Origin: Halorussus marinus
GTDB taxonomy: Archaea; Halobacteriota; Halobacteria; Halobacteriales; Haladaptataceae
Reading direction: 5' to 3'
NCBI RefSeq assembly: GCF_004765795.1
Contig: NZ_SBIV01000012.1
Location: 1 to 64,000 of the forward strand
Length of the DNA stretch: 64,000 nt
Each line of letters starts with the position of its first letter. The first letter of the stretch is position 1. The notes under the pieces were generated by a model, which saw only the letters and a program-made list of their open reading frames with translations, was not told where the DNA came from and made no database searches. A program made the translations under genes and the position numbers. Below, piece by piece: positions 8,894 to 16,053 of this stretch.

Positions 8894-9405
8894 CGCCGGT
8901 CACCTCCCTCGATGTCGTCGGGATCAATAATGCGCGACCACGCCAGTTGCCGGTAACCTCGCTCCGAGCGGTCTCCCTCGACGGTGGTCCATCCCTCAGG
9001 CAGAACCTCGTCGAGGAGAGACGCCGGGATGACGGCCATCGCGAGGACGTGCTGGTTGCGGCCCGGGTGCGGGTCGTACACCGCGACCAAGTATGCGGCA
9101 TCCTCGTCGAGAAGGCGTTCATGCTGGCGCTCGCGGATGAAGATGCGGCCGCGCGCGCCACTGGCGAGGCGTATCTGAGCGCTCTTGATTTCGACGTGTG
9201 TGCCCTTCGCGATCAAGTTGATACCGCGGAAGATGACGACATCGGTCGTAGTCGGGTCGAGCAGCGAGTCGGCCTGCGCGTCGCACCACTCGGCTTCGCG
9301 GTCGCTGACGTACGCAAGTTGTTCGACGCGCTGGAGAACATTCGCCTCGACAGACTCACCCGCGACCTTCGGATGGGGAACCGCGGGCGCATCGGACTCA
9401 CTCAC
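8890..9405 (-). CDS. Putative PD-(D/E)XK nuclease-fold protein
   Basis: GESVE...CDA...VEIKS...QHERL...YLVAVY pattern. Confidence 0.6.
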   Translation of the reverse strand: MSESDAPAVPHPKVAGESVEANVLQRVEQLAYVSDREAEWCDAQADSLLDPTTTDVVIFRGINLIAKGTHVEIKSAQIRLASGARGRIFIRERQHERLLDEDAAYLVAVYDPHPGRNQHVLAMAVIPASLLDEVLPEGWTTVEGDRSERGYRQLAWSRIIDPDDIEGGDRR

Positions 9406-9713
9406 TGGAACGCACCTCCTGCCTTCGCGTGACTGTTGCGCAACCGCCAGGGTTCGTCGGCAGGGTCAGTGTGATTGACATCGCGACCCGCGCCGGTTCC
9501 CTTCTGGAGACGGGTGATGGTGTCGCACTCAATGCAGCGGTGGACGATGTCCTGGTCGTCACCGAAGACGCGGCGGAACTGCTCGGTGACGTGGGTACCG
9601 CAGAACTGGCACTGGTCGAGTTCAGGGTTATCGTTGCTCGCGTCCGCGAGGTCGTCACTGGCAGCCTCCGAGTTGTCGGCCTGGGTGGCTTCGGGATTGT
9701 GGAGGACCGCCAT
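9402..9713 (-). CDS. Small zinc-finger protein (CQFC...RVFGD...HRCIEC)
   Basis: GGAGGTG SD before ATG 9713; two CxxC motifs. Confidence 0.75.
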   Translation of the reverse strand: MAVLHNPEATQADNSEAASDDLADASNDNPELDQCQFCGTHVTEQFRRVFGDDQDIVHRCIECDTITRLQKGTGAGRDVNHTDPADEPWRLRNSHAKAGGAFQ

Positions 9714-9817
9714 CAGGGCCGACACCTCCCGTCGTTGAGGGCCGGGCAGTCTTTCTTCGGCGTGTCGATGGCACAACCGCAGTAGATACAGACGGGCGTG
9801 TAGCGGTCGATGCTCAC
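9713..9817 (-). CDS. 34-aa Cys-rich microprotein (MSIDRYTPVCIYCGCAIDTPKKDCPALNDGRCRP)
   Basis: GGGGTGG SD, GTG start, five Cys, TGATG overlap with the next gene; not in the ORF track. Confidence 0.6.
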   Translation of the reverse strand: MSIDRYTPVCIYCGCAIDTPKKDCPALNDGRCRP

Positions 9818-9991
9818 GCTGACCACCCCAGTTCCCTAATCTGACCGCGGGAAGGCGGTGACCCGCGTGCCGGATGCGAAGCTACTCGCTTTCTATTGGG
9901 GGTATGTTGAGATGTTGATTCGCCGGTTTCCGGGGAGAACAGACGCGTAGCTGTCTGTTTAGTTTCCCCAGATACAGCTTTAAAATCTGGA

Positions 9992-10063
9992 TGGACTCGC
10001 CGGGATTTGAACCCGGGGCCTTCCCCGTGCCAGGGGGATGATCTACCGCTGATCTACGAGCCC
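9992..10063 (-). tRNA. tRNA-Ala(GGC); probable attachment site of the element
   Basis: GGGCUCG/CGAGUCC acceptor stem, anticodon arm UCCCC-CUGGCAC-GGGGA, GGUUCAAAUCC T-arm; TTTATC TATA-like box upstream. Confidence 0.97.
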
Positions 10064-10158
10064 TCGAACGCATCCTCACGTTGTCCGGGGCTACTGATAA
10101 ACCTCTCGGAATCCGGCCACCCCGGTGGGCGCTCACACGCCGGCGGGGAATGTGACCA

Positions 10159-10360
10159 TTTAATTACCTCCGGGCACTTCCTTGAGCTACGGGAACGGCA
10201 CAGCCGCAAATCTGACTCGCCGGCGCTCGCGGGCCTCGCCCGCGACGGGGTCTCGGACCCCACCTCTTGACCGGCTCGGGATTGCGGACGTGCACGCGTC
10301 GGACCGACGCACCGCACACCCACAGGACCACAGCGGACTGTGCAGTTCCAATCACCAACA
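10159..10360 (+). promoter_or_regulatory. rps15 promoter and long structured 5' leader (ribosomal leader candidate)
   Basis: TTTAAT at 10159; three perfect hairpins enclosed by long-range pairing of 10192-10207 with 10333-10349. Confidence 0.65.
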
Positions 10361-10828
10361 ATGGCACGAATGCACACCCGCCGCCGCGGCTCGTCCGACT
10401 CGGACAAGCCGGTGGCAGACGAACCCCCGGAGTGGAGCGACGTAGACGAAGACGAGATCGAAGCCCGCATCGTCGAGCTGGCCGAGCAGGGCCACAGCCC
10501 CAGCGAGATCGGGCTGAAACTGCGCGACGAGGGCGTGAAGGGCACGCCGGTCCCCGACGTGAAGCTGGCGACCGGCAAGAAGGTCACCGAGATCCTCGAG
10601 GAGAACGACGCCGACGACGACCTCCCCGAGGACCTCCGGAATCTGATGAAGCGGGCCGTCCGCCTGCGCGAGCACATGGACGAGAACCCCCAGGACCACG
10701 CCAACAAGCGCGCGCTCCAGAACACCCAGTCGAAGGTCCGTCGCCTCGTCGACTACTATCGCGGCGACGAGCTCGACGAGGAGTTCACGTACTCGTACGA
10801 CACCGCCAAGGCGCTCCTCGAAGAGTAG
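10361..10828 (+). CDS. rps15: 30S ribosomal protein uS15
   Basis: MARMHTRRRGSSDSDKP...PSEIGLKLRD...LPEDL...KVRRLVDYY. Confidence 0.98.
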   Translation: MARMHTRRRGSSDSDKPVADEPPEWSDVDEDEIEARIVELAEQGHSPSEIGLKLRDEGVKGTPVPDVKLATGKKVTEILEENDADDDLPEDLRNLMKRAVRLREHMDENPQDHANKRALQNTQSKVRRLVDYYRGDELDEEFTYSYDTAKALLEE

Positions 10829-11983
10829 ATGTCCACCTCGGGTCGCCGCACAGCCGACGGGCACGCTCCCGACGCCAGCGACGTGGCCGCGACGCTCCGC
10901 GAGTCGGAGTTCGTCCGGCTGCTCGCGCGCGCCGACGGCGACTGCCTCGCCGCGGCCGGGCTACTCGCCGGCGCGCTCGCCGAGCGCGGCGTCCCTTATC
11001 AGGTGCGGGTCGGCCGGTTCGGCGAGACGCTCGCCGACGGCGATCGCCGCGACGCGACCGTCGGCGTCGGACTCGATCCGTCGGCCGACGCCCACCTGCC
11101 GGCCGAGGCGACGCCGGCGAGCGCGACCGCCTTCGACGCGGCGGGCGACCTCGACGCCTCGCCCGATCCGGCGCTCGCGCTGGCGGGCGTCCTCGCGAGC
11201 GACGCGCCACCCCGCGACCGAGCGGTCCGCGTTCGCGAGGCCGCCCGAGAGTCGAGCGTCGAGCGCCGACCCGGCGTCGGGGTGCCGACCGACGACCTCG
11301 CCGACGGGCTCGCGCACACGACGCTCGCCCACGCCGACTACTCCGGCGACGCCGGCGCCGCGCAGGCGACGCTCGCCGAACTCGGCCTCCCGGCCGAACT
11401 CGACGAGTCGGCCCGACGGACGGTGGCCTCCGAGTTCGCGCTCGCGGTTACGGGCGGCCCCGAGGCGACCGCGCGGGCGGCCGAGGCGGTCGAGCGCGCG
11501 CTCAGACCGCACGCGCTCGCCGACGGTCCCTTCGCGACCGTCGAGGGGTACGCCGACGTGCTGGCGGCGGTCGCCCGCGAACGACCGGGCACCGCGAGCG
11601 CGCTCGCGCTCGGTCACGACGCGCGGACCGACGCGCTCGACGCGTGGCGCGACCACGCCCGAGCCGCCCACGGGGCGCTCCGGGCGGCCACGACCGCCCG
11701 GTACGACGGCCTGTTCGCCGCCAGAACCGACGCCGCGCCCGTCGAGACGGTCGCCCGACTCCTCCAGGACTTCCGGTCGCCCGAACCCGTCGCGCTCGTC
11801 GTGACCGACGAGGAAGCGGCCGCGGCCGCGACCGACGAGCGGGCGATCGGCGCCGCGATGACCGACGCGGTCAACGCGGTCGGCGGCGTCGGCGGCGGCA
11901 CCGCCCGACGCGGCTACGCGCGGTTCGATCCCGAGACGGACGCCAAGGAGTTTCTCACCGCCTTCCGGGAGGCCAACGCATGA
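10829..11983 (+). CDS. Degenerate RecJ/GAN-like DHH-family protein
   Basis: ADGDCLAA motif-I remnant, C-terminal GGG DHHA1-like segment; conserved position between rps15 and pcc1. Confidence 0.75.
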   Translation: MSTSGRRTADGHAPDASDVAATLRESEFVRLLARADGDCLAAAGLLAGALAERGVPYQVRVGRFGETLADGDRRDATVGVGLDPSADAHLPAEATPASATAFDAAGDLDASPDPALALAGVLASDAPPRDRAVRVREAARESSVERRPGVGVPTDDLADGLAHTTLAHADYSGDAGAAQATLAELGLPAELDESARRTVASEFALAVTGGPEATARAAEAVERALRPHALADGPFATVEGYADVLAAVARERPGTASALALGHDARTDALDAWRDHARAAHGALRAATTARYDGLFAARTDAAPVETVARLLQDFRSPEPVALVVTDEEAAAAATDERAIGAAMTDAVNAVGGVGGGTARRGYARFDPETDAKEFLTAFREANA

Positions 11984-12243
11984 GTCGCACGGCGACGATC
12001 CGGACGGAACTCGACGACGCCGAGACGATCGCGGCGGCGGTCCGCCCCGACAACACGTCCGAAATCGACACTCGCGTCGACGAGACGAGCGGGGACGCCG
12101 ACGGCGTCGTGGTGACGACCGTCGAGCGCGAGACGACCGGCGGACTCCGGACCACGGTCGACGACTACGTGGTGAACCTCGCGGTGGCCAAGCGAGTGGT
12201 ACAGGCAGCCAAACGACACGCAGACGCTACAACACAACCATGA
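11980..12243 (+). CDS. pcc1: KEOPS complex subunit Pcc1
   Basis: AAVRPDN...GGLRTTVDDYVVNL; ATGA overlap; conserved operon position. Confidence 0.88.
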   Translation: MSRTATIRTELDDAETIAAAVRPDNTSEIDTRVDETSGDADGVVVTTVERETTGGLRTTVDDYVVNLAVAKRVVQAAKRHADATTQP

Positions 12244-12875
12244 GCGAACGATCAGTTTCCAAGCAGAAACAGGAGAAGCGGTGGTACACCATTCACGCCC
12301 CACAGCAGTTCGACCGGGCCGAACTCGGTGAGACCCCCGCGGACGAACCGGACAAAGTGCTGGGTCGCAACGTCGAGACGACGCTCGGCGACCTGCAGGG
12401 CGACGCCAGCGAGAACAACACGAAGCTCACGTTCAAGATCAACGACGTGGGAAGCGACGCGGCCTACACCGAGTTCGTCAAGCACGAACTCACCCGCGAC
12501 TACCTCCGCAGTCTGGTACGGCGCGGCGCCTCGAAGGTCGAGGCGTACGTCACGGTCCTCACGACCGACGACTACCGCGTGCAGGTCCAGCCGGTGGCGT
12601 TCACGACCAAAGACGCCGACGCGAGCCAAGAGAAGGCGATCCGGGACACGATGACCCGCATCGTCGAGGAGGCCGCCGAGGACCGGACGTTCGAAGACCT
12701 CGTCGACTCCATCGTCGAGGGCCGACTCTCGTCGGCCATCTACGGCGACGCGAAGACGATCTACCCCCTCCGACGCGTCGAGATCAAGAAGACGACCCTC
12801 GAAGCCCGACCCGAGGAAGTCGCCGCCGAGGAAGAGACCGCGGTCGACGTCGACGAAGACGAAGTCGAGGTCTGA
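12240..12875 (+). CDS. rps3ae: 30S ribosomal protein eS1 (S3Ae)
   Basis: KRWYTIHAP...LTRDYLRSLVRRGASK...IYPLRRVEI. Confidence 0.97.
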   Translation: MSERSVSKQKQEKRWYTIHAPQQFDRAELGETPADEPDKVLGRNVETTLGDLQGDASENNTKLTFKINDVGSDAAYTEFVKHELTRDYLRSLVRRGASKVEAYVTVLTTDDYRVQVQPVAFTTKDADASQEKAIRDTMTRIVEEAAEDRTFEDLVDSIVEGRLSSAIYGDAKTIYPLRRVEIKKTTLEARPEEVAAEEETAVDVDEDEVEV

Positions 12876-12882
12876 GCCGGTC

Positions 12883-12897
12883 GCATTTTTCGTTTTA
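12883..12897 (+). terminator. T-tract terminator after rps3ae
   Basis: GCATTTTTCGTTTT directly after the stop codon. Confidence 0.5.
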
Positions 12898-12914
12898 TCG
12901 ACGGTCCAGAGTGG

Positions 12915-13355
12915 CTACTCCGTCACGACGACGGTTCCGACCATCCCCGACGGCTCGTGGGGGATACAGAAGTACTGGTACTCGCCGGGCACCTCGAAGG
13001 TGTGTTCGTACACCTCGCCCGACTCGATGCGACCCTCGAAGCCGGCCATCCACCCCTCGCGGGCGGCCTGCTCGGTGTCGAACCCGCCCGACGCGAAGAA
13101 CTCGGCGTCCTCGGGGATCCCGGACTCGTACGCGGTGACGGTGTGGCGGCGGTTGCCCGTGTTCTGGAAGACGACCGTGGTTCCGGCCTCGACGGTTATC
13201 TCGGCCGGCCGGAAGAACGACGCGCCCATCCCCACGTCGTGGTCGGCGTCGTCGCCTCCCGAGTCGTCCGGTTCGGTGATGCCGAGCCGCGCACAGCCAG
13301 CGAGCCCGACCGTCGCGACGCCAGACGCCCCGGCGAGAAACGTTCGGCGGTCCAT
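12915..13355 (-). CDS. Halocyanin-like blue copper Tat lipoprotein
   Basis: MDRRTFL...LAGC lipobox; H...CIPH..GM copper ligands. Confidence 0.9.
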   Translation of the reverse strand: MDRRTFLAGASGVATVGLAGCARLGITEPDDSGGDDADHDVGMGASFFRPAEITVEAGTTVVFQNTGNRRHTVTAYESGIPEDAEFFASGGFDTEQAAREGWMAGFEGRIESGEVYEHTFEVPGEYQYFCIPHEPSGMVGTVVVTE

Positions 13356-13468
13356 GGTCGACTCTCGGGACGGCGAAGGTATATGGCTCACGGAAGCCCG
13401 GCGGTCGGGCCGACGCGGGGGCGGTCGATTATAAAAACGTATGAAGGCCGATCACCGACCCCGAACGT

Positions 13469-14194
13469 ATGCAACCTCGGTTCGTCGGTCGGCTCGGCCT
13501 CGCCGACGCCGTGACGGTCGCGAACGCCGGACTGGGCTTTCTCGCGGCCGTCGCCGCCACCGTCGAACCCGAACTCGCGGCGCGCGTAGTGTTGCTCGCG
13601 GCGATCGCCGACGGCCTCGACGGGGTCGTCGCGCGCCGGACCGGCGGGACGCCCGCCGGAGAGTACCTCGACTCGCTGGCCGACGTCGCCTCCTTCGGAG
13701 TCGCGCCGGCGTTCATCTCGTTCGTGATCGCGCGCGAGCAGTGGGGGCTCGGCGGTCCGTCGCTCGCGACCGCGGCGGCGTTCTGCGTGCCAGCGCTGTT
13801 CGTGGCGATGGCGGTCGTTCGACTCGGCCTCTACACCGCTTACGACGTCGGCGACCACCGCACGGAGGGCGTCCCCTCGACGCTCGCGGCCACCCTGCTG
13901 GCGGCGGCGGTGCTGGCGGGCGTCGAGAGCGCCGCCGTGCTCGTCGGCGCGACCGCCGCGTTCGCGTACCTGATGGTGACCTGCATTCCCTACCCCGACC
14001 TGTTCGCCCGCGATGCGATCGCGATGGGTGGCGTACAGCTCCTCGCGGTGCTCGCGCCGACCGCGTTCGGGCGGGCGTTCCCCCGGCTGTTGCTCGGGGC
14101 GGCGCTCGCGTACCTCCTGCTCGCGCCCCGATTCTACTGGCGCGAGGGCTCGGACGCCCGGCCCGCGGCTCAGATGGAAGGGAAACGCTCTTGA
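13469..14194 (+). CDS. pssA: Archaetidylserine synthase (CDP-alcohol phosphatidyltransferase)
   Basis: DGLDGVVARR...GEYLDSLADVASFGVAPA motif. Confidence 0.88.
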   Translation: MQPRFVGRLGLADAVTVANAGLGFLAAVAATVEPELAARVVLLAAIADGLDGVVARRTGGTPAGEYLDSLADVASFGVAPAFISFVIAREQWGLGGPSLATAAAFCVPALFVAMAVVRLGLYTAYDVGDHRTEGVPSTLAATLLAAAVLAGVESAAVLVGATAAFAYLMVTCIPYPDLFARDAIAMGGVQLLAVLAPTAFGRAFPRLLLGAALAYLLLAPRFYWREGSDARPAAQMEGKRS

Positions 14195-14251
14195 GGCGTA
14201 CGAACCCAGTTTCGGGTATATGAGCCGAGCCAGTCCAGCGGGGTGGGCCGC

Positions 14252-15514
14252 ATGAGCGACGACGAGGCCGACGCGCCCGCGGAGGACGCTAAGGACGACC
14301 CAGCCGAGGCGGACGCCCAGACGCCCGTCTCGGCGGACACCGTCGAGGACCAACTCGACGCCGCCGCCCAGAACCTCGACGCCGCCGAGACCGAGACCGA
14401 CCTCGACGCCGTCGAGGCCGAACTCGACAAGATCGAGGGACTGCTCGAGAGCGCCGACCTCCCCGAGCCCGACGACGAGGACGAGGAGAGCCGGCGCGAG
14501 GAGTACGAGTCGCAACTCTCGGATCTGCGCGGGGACCTCGAAGCCGCCCGGGGCCCCTACGCAGAGGACGTCATCGAGGAGATCGAGGGCGTCGAGTCGA
14601 CCGTCGCCGACACCCGGTGGACCGACGACGGCCGCGACCAGCTCCGGGAGACGGTCGAGACCTTCGTCGCCGAGGTCGAAGAGATTCTCGACACCGAGCT
14701 CGCCGCGAGCCTCACGACCGACATCGAGGACCTCTCGTCGGCGCTCTCGGACGCCGCGGTCGCGGTGGGCGACGCGGCGCTCGATCCCGACGACGACGCC
14801 GACACGATCGCGCAACTGGTCGAGGCCGCCGAGACGCTCCAAACCGGCGTCGAGGACGCCGAGGAGTGGGACGACCTCGAAACCCGCGATCAACTCCGTG
14901 CACAGGGCTTCTACGAGGTTCTCGACCACCGCAAGGACTACCCGCCGGAGTGGCACGCCCTGAAGGTCTGGGAGAAGCGCGACCGGGCCGACATGGTGTT
15001 GCTCGCGCTCGAGAGCCTCGAGTCGAACTTCATGGAGCGCCACTGCCTCGAATCGCTCGAACGGATGGGCAACCCCGACTCGCTCGACGCGATGGTCGAG
15101 CGGGCGGGTCGGCGGGACAAGCCCGCGATCCGCATCCTCGGCAAGATCGGCGAGGAAGAGGGCCTCGACGCCGTGCTCGACTACGTCGATTCGGACCCCA
15201 ACCTCGCCAAGCCCGCGCTCAAGGCGGCCGGCGAGATCGGTAGCGACGAAGCGACCCAGCCGGTGGCCGACCGGCTCGTGGCCGACGACCCGTCGGTCCG
15301 GAGTCAGGCCGCCCGCGCGCTGGGGCTCATCGGTGACACCCGCGCGATCGAACCGCTCGCGGACACCCTCGAAAACGACGAGGCCGACGAGGTGCGGGCC
15401 AGCGCGGCGTGGGCGCTGAACCAGATCGGCACCGAGCGTGCGCTCGACGCCGTCCGTCCGTACACCGACGACCGGGCGTTCCTCGTCCAGAGCGAGGCCG
15501 AGAAGGCGCTCTGA
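14252..15514 (+). CDS. HEAT/PBS-lyase repeat protein
   Basis: Acidic helical N-terminus; repeated ALGxIG units. Confidence 0.85.
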   Translation: MSDDEADAPAEDAKDDPAEADAQTPVSADTVEDQLDAAAQNLDAAETETDLDAVEAELDKIEGLLESADLPEPDDEDEESRREEYESQLSDLRGDLEAARGPYAEDVIEEIEGVESTVADTRWTDDGRDQLRETVETFVAEVEEILDTELAASLTTDIEDLSSALSDAAVAVGDAALDPDDDADTIAQLVEAAETLQTGVEDAEEWDDLETRDQLRAQGFYEVLDHRKDYPPEWHALKVWEKRDRADMVLLALESLESNFMERHCLESLERMGNPDSLDAMVERAGRRDKPAIRILGKIGEEEGLDAVLDYVDSDPNLAKPALKAAGEIGSDEATQPVADRLVADDPSVRSQAARALGLIGDTRAIEPLADTLENDEADEVRASAAWALNQIGTERALDAVRPYTDDRAFLVQSEAEKAL

Positions 15515-15590
15515 ATCGGTAACACCCGATTACTCCGTCTTACACGCCGGATAACAAAGGCCGCGGTGAGCTTTCTTCGGGTAGCTGGAC

Positions 15591-15743
15591 ATGACACGCC
15601 GACAGCCGTTCGGCCAGTGTCCGAACTGTCACGGGTCGATCACCCGCGACTACGTGCTCATCGAGTACGAGTCGGAGGGCCGGCCGGCCGCGTTCGCGGA
15701 GTGTCCCGACTGTCGGGACGTCGTCCACCCGTCAGCGGAGTAA
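15591..15743 (+). CDS. 50-aa CPxC zinc-finger microprotein (MTRRQPFGQCPNCHGSITRDYVLIEYESEGRPAAFAECPDCRDVVHPSAE)
   Basis: Two CPxC motifs; fills an intergenic gap; below the ORF-track cutoff. Confidence 0.75.
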   Translation: MTRRQPFGQCPNCHGSITRDYVLIEYESEGRPAAFAECPDCRDVVHPSAE

Positions 15744-15974
15744 CGCCGCCAGAAACTGGAGCGCGAACGCGACCGCGATGAGGAACGCGCCGACCCGCCC
15801 AGCCCAGGTGTGTTCGGTCACCTCCGCCGGCGAGATGTCGACGCTGTAGTCGTTGTACTCGGAGCTGTACTCGACGTAGCTCGGCATCTGGAAGAACTCG
15901 AAGAAGACGAGGCTGGCTCCCAGCGCGCCGAGCGCGTACCCCGCCAGTTCGATCGCCAACGCGGTCGCGACCAT
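15732..15974 (-). CDS. Small two-TM membrane protein
   Basis: 80 aa; two hydrophobic segments around FFEFFQMPSYVEY. Confidence 0.7.
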   Translation of the reverse strand: MVATALAIELAGYALGALGASLVFFEFFQMPSYVEYSSEYNDYSVDISPAEVTEHTWAGRVGAFLIAVAFALQFLAALLR

Positions 15975-16053
15975 ACGAACACCGCCGAACCTGTCGAGCA
16001 AAAATCCACCGGTTCCCGAGGCTTTAAATCCGAAGGCGGGACCACCCCGACCC

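Larger units (their letters stand above)
1..9991 (-). mobile_element. Integrated virus-like element (pleolipovirus-like provirus), left part outside window
   Basis: Abuts the 3' end of tRNA-Ala. Almost all genes are minus-strand and overlap-coupled. Carries a spike-like membrane protein, Rep-like protein, DNA MTase and CxxC microproteins, with AT-rich spacers. Housekeeping genes resume directly beyond the tRNA. Confidence 0.8.

Noticed and set aside
1..9991. Integrase gene and second att copy
   Set aside because: No tyrosine or serine recombinase motifs and no repeat of the tRNA-Ala 3' end were found by eye; presumably left of the window, so not annotated.
10267..11979. 658-aa ORF apparently fused to Pcc1
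   Set aside because: Alternative frame over rps15 and the recJ-like gene; the real start is the ATGA overlap at 11980. The same artefact affects 31295-33634 (top6A).
13388..15043. 551-aa minus-strand ORF
   Set aside because: Shadow of pssA and the HEAT-repeat gene.
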